A stretch of 32,000 nt of DNA from Polynucleobacter wuianus (GTDB lineage Bacteria; Pseudomonadota; Gammaproteobacteria; Burkholderiales; Burkholderiaceae). The notes beneath the pieces were generated by a model. The model did no database searches. It was not told the origin of the DNA and was given only the letters and a program-made list of their open reading frames with translations. Every line of letters starts with the position of its first letter. The stretch's first letter is position 1. A program made the translations under genes and the position numbers. The DNA lies in assembly GCF_001659725.1 (NCBI RefSeq), contig NZ_CP015922.1:1978163-2010162 (forward strand). The letters are read 5' to 3'. Shown here one piece after another: positions 6,819 to 14,426 of this stretch.

Positions 6819-8033
6819 CTAAGCCAATTTCTCGGCGCTCATCATTGCGGTTAGCTTGCTATAGTGGCGCTCTATCATCACAACGCTTGTCCCCATCTGC
6901 TTCGCTAATGTGTGTATATCAATCCCATCAGCCAGCGCCAAAGTAGCGTAGGTATGTCGCAGGCTGTATAGCGTTCTATTTTGCCCACCAGCATCTTTCA
7001 TCAGCCCACTCTTTTTCATTAAGTTTCTAAAGATGTTTTCCATCAGATGTGGCATTTCGCCAGACTGAAGCGTAAAGACTCTTCTGTCCAGTTTTGCTTG
7101 GATTAGCTCGTTTAAGTCCATAAAGGGCAACTTGTGCCACCGCATTAACTCCTCCAAAACCTCTAAAACAGCGTTTTTAGCGATTAAATACCTTGCGCCT
7201 GTCTTGCCACTTACCCATATACGCAAATACCTCTTAGAGCCTATAAAGTGCCACTGTAAGTGTTTCCATCGCAAAGGCATTGACTCAGTGCTGTGTCTTA
7301 CGCCCGTATTAACCAAAAACTTTACATAAGCACAACAGAGGTAGCGTATTTCTGTAGATTGTTTATGCCACACATCTATCTGCCACTTAGGCATATAGGC
7401 ATACATCTGCTCCAACTCCTCTACCGTAAAAGCTGGGCGTGATTTGCCACGCTCCCCCGTAATATCTAACGGCACAATCATTTTGTTAAGTGGAATATAG
7501 CCTCTCGCCTTTGCCAGCGTCATCACTCTGTTGTAAGCCATTGCGTGATGCTTCTTTGTCATCTGCTTGGCATTCTTACCCATCTCCGCCAATCTCCAAG
7601 CCTCAAAGTCAGCTACTTCCTCGTCATCAATCTTTGCGACATCAAAGTTGCCAAAAAATGGGATTAAATACTTTTCTAAAATGAACAAATAGTCTTTGTA
7701 TTTGCGCTCAGTGCGTGGCGTTGTTGCCGTCCTCGCCATTCTGGTAATTTCTTCTCTTGCTAACTGCTTGAAACTTCTTGTAGAAGTAGCCAATCCAGCC
7801 TCTGTTCTAATTTTGACTGTCTCGTAGATGGAGATAGCCTGCTGTTTAGCCTGCGCCAAGTCTTCAGTTCCCGTTGAGGCTGAGTGCCACTTCCCATTAA
7901 CCAACTTGAAACGACAGTGCCACTGATGGGTATTAGGGCGCCTAAACACAGTAATTCTGCTATCAAGCAACTTCACTGCTTTAGGAGCGTAAATTATTTT
8001 TACGCTTGAAAATAACTGATTTAGATTTGACAT
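6819..8033 (-). CDS. int: Tyrosine integrase (P4-like, island-type), integrase 1
   Basis: GVRHSTE (Arg I), LRHTYATLAL (H-x-x-R), and the IERHYSKL tyrosine. It is a paralog of 9825-11096 (shared QWxxRF..KWH..STG, IWVSGKTG, LAKQMGTSV). The start is set at ATG 8033; the ORF track begins at an upstream TTG. It lies next to a tRNA fragment. Confidence 0.9.
   Translation of the reverse strand: MSNLNQLFSSVKIIYAPKAVKLLDSRITVFRRPNTHQWHCRFKLVNGKWHSASTGTEDLAQAKQQAISIYETVKIRTEAGLATSTRSFKQLAREEITRMARTATTPRTERKYKDYLFILEKYLIPFFGNFDVAKIDDEEVADFEAWRLAEMGKNAKQMTKKHHAMAYNRVMTLAKARGYIPLNKMIVPLDITGERGKSRPAFTVEELEQMYAYMPKWQIDVWHKQSTEIRYLCCAYVKFLVNTGVRHSTESMPLRWKHLQWHFIGSKRYLRIWVSGKTGARYLIAKNAVLEVLEELMRWHKLPFMDLNELIQAKLDRRVFTLQSGEMPHLMENIFRNLMKKSGLMKDAGGQNRTLYSLRHTYATLALADGIDIHTLAKQMGTSVVMIERHYSKLTAMMSAEKLA
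7986..8009 (+). repeat. Candidate recombinase core site 'd': AGCGTAAATTATTTTTACGCTTGA, inside the integrase 5' coding region
   Basis: A 22/24 direct repeat of site c with the same GCGT-N11-ACGC geometry. It overlaps roughly codons 9-16 of integrase 1. Confidence 0.55.
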
Positions 8034-8232
8034 TACAAACAACCCTTAAGCGTTGCTTGCTATTGTGTTTTCAGTTTTAGATTTGGGCTACCGCTTTTGT
8101 AATACCCTGTGAATGCCACCCGCTTGCGGGGTGAAGCTACAAATTGCCGTGTAGCGTGGTGTTTATTGAGCACCAAAATAGAGCTATGCTTAAAACAATG
8201 TTTAAGCACTGTTTTGACACGGACACTGTGCT

Positions 8233-8271
8233 TTATGATTCCGTCGCTCTAACCAGCTGAGCTAATTCGCC
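8233..8271 (-). pseudogene. 5' half of a tRNA(CAU) gene (Met or Ile2), truncated after the anticodon loop; copy 1
   Basis: The minus strand reads GGCGAAT-TA-GCTC-AGCTGGTTA-GAGC-G-ACGGA-ATCATAA (acceptor, D-arm, anticodon stem and loop). It is then followed by AGCACA rather than TCCGT, and no T-arm or 3' acceptor follows. It is part of the 48-bp direct repeat 8227-8274 = 31282-31329. Confidence 0.75.
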
Positions 8272-8388
8272 GAACTCGCTATTTTAGCGTAATTTAGCCT
8301 AGAGAGCTATTTCGAGCCGCCTAAATCCTTCTTCTCTTAAAAAACGGTGTTTTTACGGTAAATCTACGGTACACACCTTGTTTACAGA

Positions 8389-8408
8389 ATTTGTCGTTTT
8401 AAACGACA
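8389..8408. repeat. Palindrome P1 (TGTCGTTTTAAACGACA) and left 19-bp direct repeat of the mini-element
   Basis: ATTTGTCGTTTTAAACGAC at 8389-8407 is identical to 11099-11117. Confidence 0.75.
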
Positions 8409-8411
8409 TAT

Positions 8412-8840
8412 TTAGGAAGCGGCGATTTTTGTTTTATCTTCAGACTTGTACTGGGTTCCGCATTGCTCACAAGATTTGAGGCTATTTCTCCAAATGGGCC
8501 CTTGCTGCTCAGATCCGCATTTTTGGCAAACCAACTTCCAGCCCTTTGTAATGCTTTTAATTTTGTACTTGGCAAAAATTAATAGATTGGCAACCAATGA
8601 AGACTGCTGGACATGCTCATATGAACCCCATGGGGAACTAATCTGCCCTCCATTTTTATTTTGATTAATCCAATAATTTCTAGTCAATTTACTAGTGTCA
8701 TCTGACTCTTGAGCAAGAATATTTGTGGAATAAATTATTGTGTATTCCTTATTCGCATCCTCAAGTTCAATTTCCAAGTCTTTATTGCTTAGGTATTGTT
8801 CAACCTGCTTTCTAATTGCTTCCGAATTTTCAGTACTCAT
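8412..8840 (-). CDS. Hypothetical zinc-ribbon protein (142 aa)
   Basis: Two CxxC pairs (CQKCG ... CEQCG) near the C-terminus. Its ATG overlaps the TGA of the upstream exonuclease gene (ATGA). Confidence 0.55.
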   Translation of the reverse strand: MSTENSEAIRKQVEQYLSNKDLEIELEDANKEYTIIYSTNILAQESDDTSKLTRNYWINQNKNGGQISSPWGSYEHVQQSSLVANLLIFAKYKIKSITKGWKLVCQKCGSEQQGPIWRNSLKSCEQCGTQYKSEDKTKIAAS

Positions 8841-9730
8841 TCGCCAATCCCACACATTCTTATAAAGTCATTTTCGGTAAGAATTTCAATATTAACCCCT
8901 TCGGCAATCAACTCCTCTGCCTTTCTTTGCTTAGTACTCTTATCATGCCCAGCTAAAGTGGAAAGATCTTGAATTCCCACGACCAGATAATCAGTTTTCT
9001 TTGTGACGCCTGAGCCAATCTTGAACCCAAACTGACTGGCATGTGTTGCGGCACCATCCCTAGTCATTGTCACAAGAGCACCCGTGAAAACAATTATCTT
9101 GCCAAAAAACATTCCCTCTTCTTTTGGGCGATAGTCAGATGCCTTAAAGCCATGATGAAAGGGGTGTGGATTTTCTATCTGAAACTGAATGCCTTTCAGC
9201 AAAACTTCTTTGGTTATTAAACAGTCAGCAATGGCGCGATGTGCGCCCTCAATAGAAATATTAAGTTCCTGCGCAACAGTTGCTAATTTGTGATTAGTTA
9301 GATTCGGAAATGTCCTTTTTGCCAAGGCCAGAACATCTTTTAAAGGACGATGCTCTTCAGTGTGAACATTTAAAAACTTGCTATCAAAGCCTGCGTTATA
9401 TGCCCATATCTGTAAATCGCCAGCAAACTGAAAGAATGCTTCTACCGCCTCTGGATTGCTAGGTGCACCCTCAAGCATTTCATCCGTAATGCCAGTTAAC
9501 TCAACAATAAATGGATCAAGCCTGTCAGGCTCAACATCTTCTTCATCGAACTCTTCATCCTCATCACCAAAGTATGTATAGACATCATCGGGCTTTGTGA
9601 AAGTCTGAAATTGATCTATTACTTCACCAGTATCAAGATCTACTTTAATTGCACCAATTTCAATAATTTGATCGCTACCACCATCTAAACCAGTAGTTTC
9701 TAGATCAACGATGATTGCGAGATTTCCCAT
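8837..9730 (-). CDS. DnaQ-like DEDDh 3'-5' exonuclease fused to a C-terminal BRCT domain
   Basis: Exo I IVDLETTGL, Exo II NAGFDSKFL, Exo III HRAIADC. The BRCT-like region is KIIVFTGAL..MTRDGA..GFKIGSGVTKKTDYLVVG. Confidence 0.85.
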   Translation of the reverse strand: MGNLAIIVDLETTGLDGGSDQIIEIGAIKVDLDTGEVIDQFQTFTKPDDVYTYFGDEDEEFDEEDVEPDRLDPFIVELTGITDEMLEGAPSNPEAVEAFFQFAGDLQIWAYNAGFDSKFLNVHTEEHRPLKDVLALAKRTFPNLTNHKLATVAQELNISIEGAHRAIADCLITKEVLLKGIQFQIENPHPFHHGFKASDYRPKEEGMFFGKIIVFTGALVTMTRDGAATHASQFGFKIGSGVTKKTDYLVVGIQDLSTLAGHDKSTKQRKAEELIAEGVNIEILTENDFIRMCGIGE

Positions 9731-9824
9731 GTGACAACTTTACTATAGGGATAAGAAAAAATTAAAACTTATCTTGCCCAACCCTGCACACCGAAATTAA
9801 GCTATGTTTTTCAGCTAGAGAAAC

Positions 9825-11096
9825 ATGCCCAAAGAAACAGAAGTGCTTGCCCTTTTCTTTCAAAGCACCTCTACCCCTGAAAAATCACCCCAACTTAAAT
9901 ATCTAGAAAACCTAGCTACTGGCAAGCTAGTACACATGAGGGATGGCAACATTACCCTCTATAAGCGAGAGCGCAGTAAGCAATGGCAAATGCGCTTTCG
10001 GCTTTATGACAAGAAGTGGCACAGAGTTAGTACTGGCTATGAGGATCTGGAATACGCCAAGAAGAAAGCTGGCGATATATATGACAGAGCCCGCTTTATG
10101 GAAGAGCTGGGATTGCCACCACTTAATAAGCGATTTGACTCTGCAGCTGAGGCTACAAAAGTAGAGTTACAGAGTGATTTAGATAATGGCGTTGGTAAAA
10201 AAATCTATGTAGATTACATATCCGTTATAGATAACTATCTAACCCCATTCTTTGGCAAAAAGCATTTAACCAATATCAACCATCAAGATATTGCTGAGTA
10301 TGAAGTTTGGCGAGCAGAAAAGATGAAACGCAAACTCATGCACTCAACCATGATGACCCACTTCTCCGCTTACAACAGGGTATTTGATCTAGCAATTAAA
10401 AGAGGCTGGCTTAGTGACAAACACCCAGTTCCAAGGTTAGGCACTAAAGGTGAAAAGAGCACTCCGAGACCTGCCTTCACTAGAAAAGAAATTGACTACT
10501 TACTGGAGTTCTTAAAAACATGGAGTCAAGGTGGCAAAACCCAAGAAGCTCACCTTGGCAGACTATTACTACGAGATTACATAGAAATACTAATGGCGAC
10601 AGGCATGAGACATGGAACAGAAGCATTCAATATCCAATGGCGACACCTAGAGTGGCATACAGATAAGAGTGTTCGATACCTGCGAATATGGGTAAGCGGT
10701 AAAACAGGTCCACGCTGGCTGATTGCAAGACATGAAGCGGTTCCCGTCATCGAACGCTTAAAAAGCCGGTTTACCGAATGGGATCATTTAACCCTCGACC
10801 AATTACTAGAAGAAAAGAGTGATGAGTTCTTGTGGCGACATCCCAATGGGGAGCGTCCTTATGACTTTGTCAGTAGCTTTAAGTGGCTCATGAAGGACTC
10901 AGGCTTATTGCTATCAACTACGGGGGCTAAACGCACTATGTACAGCTTTAGACACACATACGCTACGTTTAGCTTAGTGGAATGGGGCATGGATATACAT
11001 ACGCTAGCCAAACAGATGGGCACTTCCGTACAAATGCTAGAGCGGTTCTATAGCAAGCTCACCGCTACGCTTGCTGCAGAAAAGTTGGCAGGATAA
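9825..11096 (+). CDS. int: Tyrosine integrase, integrase 2 (paralog of integrase 1)
   Basis: GMRHGTE, FRHTYATF, LERFYSKL, and IWVSGKTGPRWLIA shared with integrase 1. The stop lies 2 nt before the right 19-bp direct repeat. Confidence 0.9.
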   Translation: MPKETEVLALFFQSTSTPEKSPQLKYLENLATGKLVHMRDGNITLYKRERSKQWQMRFRLYDKKWHRVSTGYEDLEYAKKKAGDIYDRARFMEELGLPPLNKRFDSAAEATKVELQSDLDNGVGKKIYVDYISVIDNYLTPFFGKKHLTNINHQDIAEYEVWRAEKMKRKLMHSTMMTHFSAYNRVFDLAIKRGWLSDKHPVPRLGTKGEKSTPRPAFTRKEIDYLLEFLKTWSQGGKTQEAHLGRLLLRDYIEILMATGMRHGTEAFNIQWRHLEWHTDKSVRYLRIWVSGKTGPRWLIARHEAVPVIERLKSRFTEWDHLTLDQLLEEKSDEFLWRHPNGERPYDFVSSFKWLMKDSGLLLSTTGAKRTMYSFRHTYATFSLVEWGMDIHTLAKQMGTSVQMLERFYSKLTATLAAEKLAG

Positions 11097-11098
11097 AT

Positions 11099-11117
11099 AT
11101 TTGTCGTTTTAAACGAC
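11099..11117. repeat. Palindrome P2 and right 19-bp direct repeat of the mini-element
   Basis: ATTTGTCGTTTTAAACGAC, identical to 8389-8407. Confidence 0.75.
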
Positions 11118-11549
11118 TCGCACATGAATAAATGCAATGAACGCAAAGAAACTAAAAACTACCTCGGTTGATTCCAAGCTGCCTGCACAAGTTAGATTTG
11201 AGCAAAGCCTACAAAATGCCATTCATTGTCAGGAGTCCATCTTAAGCATTGGATATTTGCAATACTTAGCTGAATATAAAACCCATAACCCCATTAGTCA
11301 TTCACGCATCACCTACAAAGTGATCCATAGAAATACAGGATGCTCTGTACTCATCAAATTAACCAGGGTTTTAAATGCTGGCTCAGGACTACGCAAACGC
11401 CAAAGAATCAACAGAACTACAAAACGAATATCAGTGAAATGGATGCCAAGACTCAAGACGAGGTATTGATTTACGCATTACCTGTCAGCCAGACAATTTG
11501 TCAACCTATTAAAAGAGTAATCACCAGATCAAACCGCGATTTTGAATCG

Positions 11550-11945
11550 TTATAGCGGTTTGGGCGTTTCGCCTCTTAAGTAGTCCCGAAACATTTTTAA
11601 CTCTTGCGGCGATTTATTAGTAATAGTGGGTCCTGTTGTAGCCGGCGACTTAGGTTGCAAAGGCGCAATCGTTTTAGCTTGAGCAACGGGCTTAGCTACT
11701 TTTTGCTGTGCAGCCTGTACTGGCCTAGCAACCGGGACAGGTATTGCTCTTTGCGGCAAACTCACCGCCTTGGGTTTAGGTGTCTTTGGGGCTTTGGGTG
11801 TCTTACTCTTGGGCTTACTGGCTTGCGCCGCCTTTTGTTTAGCCTGTGTGCTAGCTTGTTGGCTAATGGCACTCCAGGTGTTATTCATAATGACTCGCAA
11901 TAATCCTAGCTGATCTTCTGCATTGGCAATCTCATACACTCTCAT
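11550..11945 (-). CDS. Hypothetical protein with a Pro/Ala/Lys-rich low-complexity region (131 aa)
   Basis: Long ORF with a structured-looking N-terminus followed by KPKSKTPKAPKTPKPK-type repeats. No family recognised. Confidence 0.5.
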   Translation of the reverse strand: MRVYEIANAEDQLGLLRVIMNNTWSAISQQASTQAKQKAAQASKPKSKTPKAPKTPKPKAVSLPQRAIPVPVARPVQAAQQKVAKPVAQAKTIAPLQPKSPATTGPTITNKSPQELKMFRDYLRGETPKPL

Positions 11946-11973
11946 GGCCTTCTCCTTTCCTTATATTTATCGA

Positions 11974-11994
11974 ATCGTCTAGGATTTAGACGAT
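11974..11994 (-). repeat. Hairpin H1 (ATCGTCTA-GGATT-TAGACGAT)
   Basis: Same CGTCTA...TAGACG arms as 16872-16896 and 25785-25801. The loop is the reverse complement of the H2 loop. Confidence 0.5.
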
Positions 11995-11996
11995 CC

Positions 11997-12149
11997 CCAC
12001 CTAAACTTCTGTCGGCAAATGCACCACATTGTTTGCACCATACTGCCCTTGCAATAGGAAATAAGCGGCTTGACTGTTATCTGCAACTACTTGAGTTTGT
12101 ACTACCCAGCCTTGGGGCTGTATGCGTACATAGGCTACATATGTTTTCA
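11997..12149 (-). CDS. Possible small ORF (50 aa, MKTYVAYVRIQPQGW...)
   Basis: My own translation; the ORF is too short to appear in the track. The Shine-Dalgarno sequence is weak. Confidence 0.3.
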
Positions 12150-12206
12150 TCTAATCTATCCATAGAAGAAGCACTAATACTATGATCAGTATTAGTGCTT
12201 GGCTGT

Positions 12207-12644
12207 TCACTTACCAAACCCAGCACGTACAGCGCCGCTAGCTTGCTCTATTTGGGTGTCTAACTCTCCCGCCTCCACCGCACCCTTAATGATCTCTAAG
12301 GCTTTGATAAGCTCATCTGCAGTAGCAACTTCAACAGCCGTTTTGCCTTTTGCAAACTAAATTACGCGACTTCCATAGCGCACGTTTAAACAAACCTTGC
12401 CGTCACTAGACACAAACCACCACTGACGTACACGCTTTTGATGCTCTACGGTTTTACGTGACCCGTCATAGTCTTTAACTGATTTAAATTTCTTAACAGT
12501 AAAAGTACTGCCTTCACGCTGGGCTTTAGCTAACTGGATCTGCTCCCATACTTTTGTAGAGAGCTTATTGCGTCGCTGCAAAATGGGTGGAATAGACGTT
12601 GGCTTTTTGGAATTAACCATTTTCAAACTGTTTAATGTGCTCAT
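12207..12644 (-). pseudogene. Conserved hypothetical gene interrupted by a single in-frame TAG (95 aa + stop + 49 aa)
   Basis: After the TAG at 12357-12359 the same frame stays open for 49 more codons: FAKGKTAVEVATADELIKALEIIKGAVEAGELDTQIEQASGAVRAGFGK, then stop. Confidence 0.55.
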
Positions 12645-12789
12645 TTCATTTCTCCTTTGTAGTTAATGGGCACACTTAATTTATGGTCAGAGTTTTTGGT
12701 TGGACAACCTCTTTTTGCCAATATCTGCCAGAACCAAAGGATTTACGCCAGATCTACTCTTCTTTTATTAGGTTTTGCTAAATACTTTC

Positions 12790-13173
12790 ATGAACTACAA
12801 GAAGAAACGATTAACTGACGCACAATTTAAGATTAATAACGATCAAAAATATGACTCGAAAATCACTGATAACTTCTTAAGGGAGTGCGGACTAAACCCG
12901 CAAACCTTTACAATCATGGCAAAAGAGTTAGTTCAGGCTCGCTTAGCGGCAGTGGATTTACTCAAAAATTACTCAAATCTTTTAAACAAACATCAAACCA
13001 AGGCACTCAATAAATTCAAAGGCAAAACAGCTAACAAAAAGAAATGCAATCAACTTAGCCCTACTTTGGCTTATCCAATACTCAATCTAGCTACCAAAAT
13101 CAAAAGACAGGCTCATAAACAAGAAGTGCAAGCAAGGCAAACTATTCAGGAACTAAGGTACAACCAACCTTAA
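12790..13173 (+). CDS. Hypothetical basic protein (about 127 aa)
   Basis: ORF only. The ATG at 12790 is preferred over the upstream TTG. No motif recognised. Confidence 0.4.
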   Translation: MNYKKKRLTDAQFKINNDQKYDSKITDNFLRECGLNPQTFTIMAKELVQARLAAVDLLKNYSNLLNKHQTKALNKFKGKTANKKKCNQLSPTLAYPILNLATKIKRQAHKQEVQARQTIQELRYNQP

Positions 13174-13445
13174 CAAACAGGTACAAACGCGGGTTGTAAT
13201 ACGTCGGCTAATGAGCCCGCACTTGGCATAACTGCTCTAAAGGTTATGCGCTACAAGTAGGCCGCAGGATTCCTAGGTTTTCTAGGTTTGAAGTTTTAAT
13301 TCATCTGTCTTCAATAAATCTTTTTAGAGTCGTGTTGCTGGGGAATACTTAGTACCAATCTACACGTAGCGGCGGCTATAGTACTTTTATAGTGCTATAG
13401 CCGTCGTTTGACAGAAGAATCTATTGCCCAATCAGCTAAAAGACA

Positions 13446-13496
13446 AAATGTGTGAGCGAAAGCGAAACACAGGACGAATGCAGTTCGTCCTTATAT
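13446..13496 (+). repeat. Conserved non-coding 'L' element, copy B
   Basis: See 301-360: same sequence blocks in the same order, hairpin GGACGAA-TGCAG-TTCGTCC. Confidence 0.6.
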
Positions 13497-13678
13497 GTGC
13501 CCTAGCAATATGGGGTATAGAAGCAAAATCACCACCCTGAATCTGTAAGTACTTCATATAAATTTTCCGCAGCTCTATTTTTACAGGGCACAGGACCCAT
13601 TCGGATATCAAATCATTCGTTTAAACAGCGATCTACTTCACTCGCATACATGGGTAGTCGAGTGCTAAATATATGTGC

Positions 13679-13693
13679 TTATACGAAGGATTT
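13679..13693 (-). repeat. 15-nt motif copy B (TTATACGAAGGATTT, the reverse complement of 916-930)
   Basis: Exact inverted match to the cassette A leader. Confidence 0.6.
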
Positions 13694-13714
13694 AGCCGTG
13701 GCATTTAAGCCACG

Positions 13715-13746
13715 AAATGTAATAGAAGTATGAAACTATTACATTT
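13715..13746. other. Perfect 11-bp-stem hairpin AAATGTAATAG-N10-CTATTACATTT in the recombinase B leader
   Basis: Read directly from the sequence. A positionally equivalent hairpin with a different sequence, ATAAGAA-N10-TTCTTAT, lies at 1039-1062 in copy A. Confidence 0.55.
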
Positions 13747-13859
13747 AGAGCTAAGTCATTGATTAATGGAAAGATCTTTGTAGGCAGATTTCGGTTGCTC
13801 AAACCAAACCTAAGAAAACATACTGTAGTTGCTTATTTATTACATTTTGGGAGCTACAT

Positions 13860-14426
13860 ATGTCACAAGCAAAAACATTAAACACAACAGAACTACGCAG
13901 AGTGCTAGATCACATCGCTACACGCAAGCATTCAGCCCGCAATCGATGTGCCCTGCTTTTAACCCATTACGCTGGAATGCGTGTCGGAGAAGTTGCAGCA
14001 CTTCGCATTTGCGACGTTTTAAACGACAGCGGAACGATTAAAGATGAAATCCGCTTAAAGCCAGAGCAAACCAAGGGCAAATACGCTAGAACTGTATATA
14101 TCAATGCCCGTATGCAAAAAGAGATAGTCCAGTACATCAAACTAATCCGCATTACAGATACCAATAAGCCTTTGTTCTACACCCAAAAACGAGCTGGGTT
14201 TTCAGCAAACACACTTACGCAGTACTTTCACTTCCTATATAGACGTGCGGGACTTGAAGGTTGCAGCTCTCATTCAGGAAGAAGGTCATTCCTAACTTCG
14301 TTGGCAAATAAAGGCACAGCCATACATATATTGAAATCCTTGGCAGGCCATCGCAATATTAGTACGACCGCTGGATATTTGTACTCCAGCCCAGACCAAA
14401 TGAAGGCCGCCGTAGAGCTAGTTTAA
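13860..14426 (+). CDS. Small (188 aa) catalytic-domain-only tyrosine recombinase (cassette B)
   Basis: GMRVGEVAALR, HSGRRSF, LAGH, TTAGYLY. It is a paralog of 1187-1753. Its 3' end overlaps the convergent gene 14418-15200 by 9 nt. Confidence 0.85.
   Translation: MSQAKTLNTTELRRVLDHIATRKHSARNRCALLLTHYAGMRVGEVAALRICDVLNDSGTIKDEIRLKPEQTKGKYARTVYINARMQKEIVQYIKLIRITDTNKPLFYTQKRAGFSANTLTQYFHFLYRRAGLEGCSSHSGRRSFLTSLANKGTAIHILKSLAGHRNISTTAGYLYSSPDQMKAAVELV

Noticed and set aside
8161-8275. A complete tRNA gene at 8.2 kb (and at 31.3 kb).
   Set aside because: Only the acceptor 5' strand, D-arm, 5' anticodon stem and CAU loop are present. The sequence after the loop (AGCACA..) cannot pair with ACGGA, and no GTTCRANYC T-loop or ATTCGCC 3' acceptor follows in either copy.
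11137-11555. ORFs 11137-11469 (110 aa) and 11340-11555 (71 aa) just outside the mini-element.
   Set aside because: No Shine-Dalgarno sequence, arginine- and lysine-rich odd composition, mutually overlapping frames and no motifs. I treat the region as non-coding or unknown.
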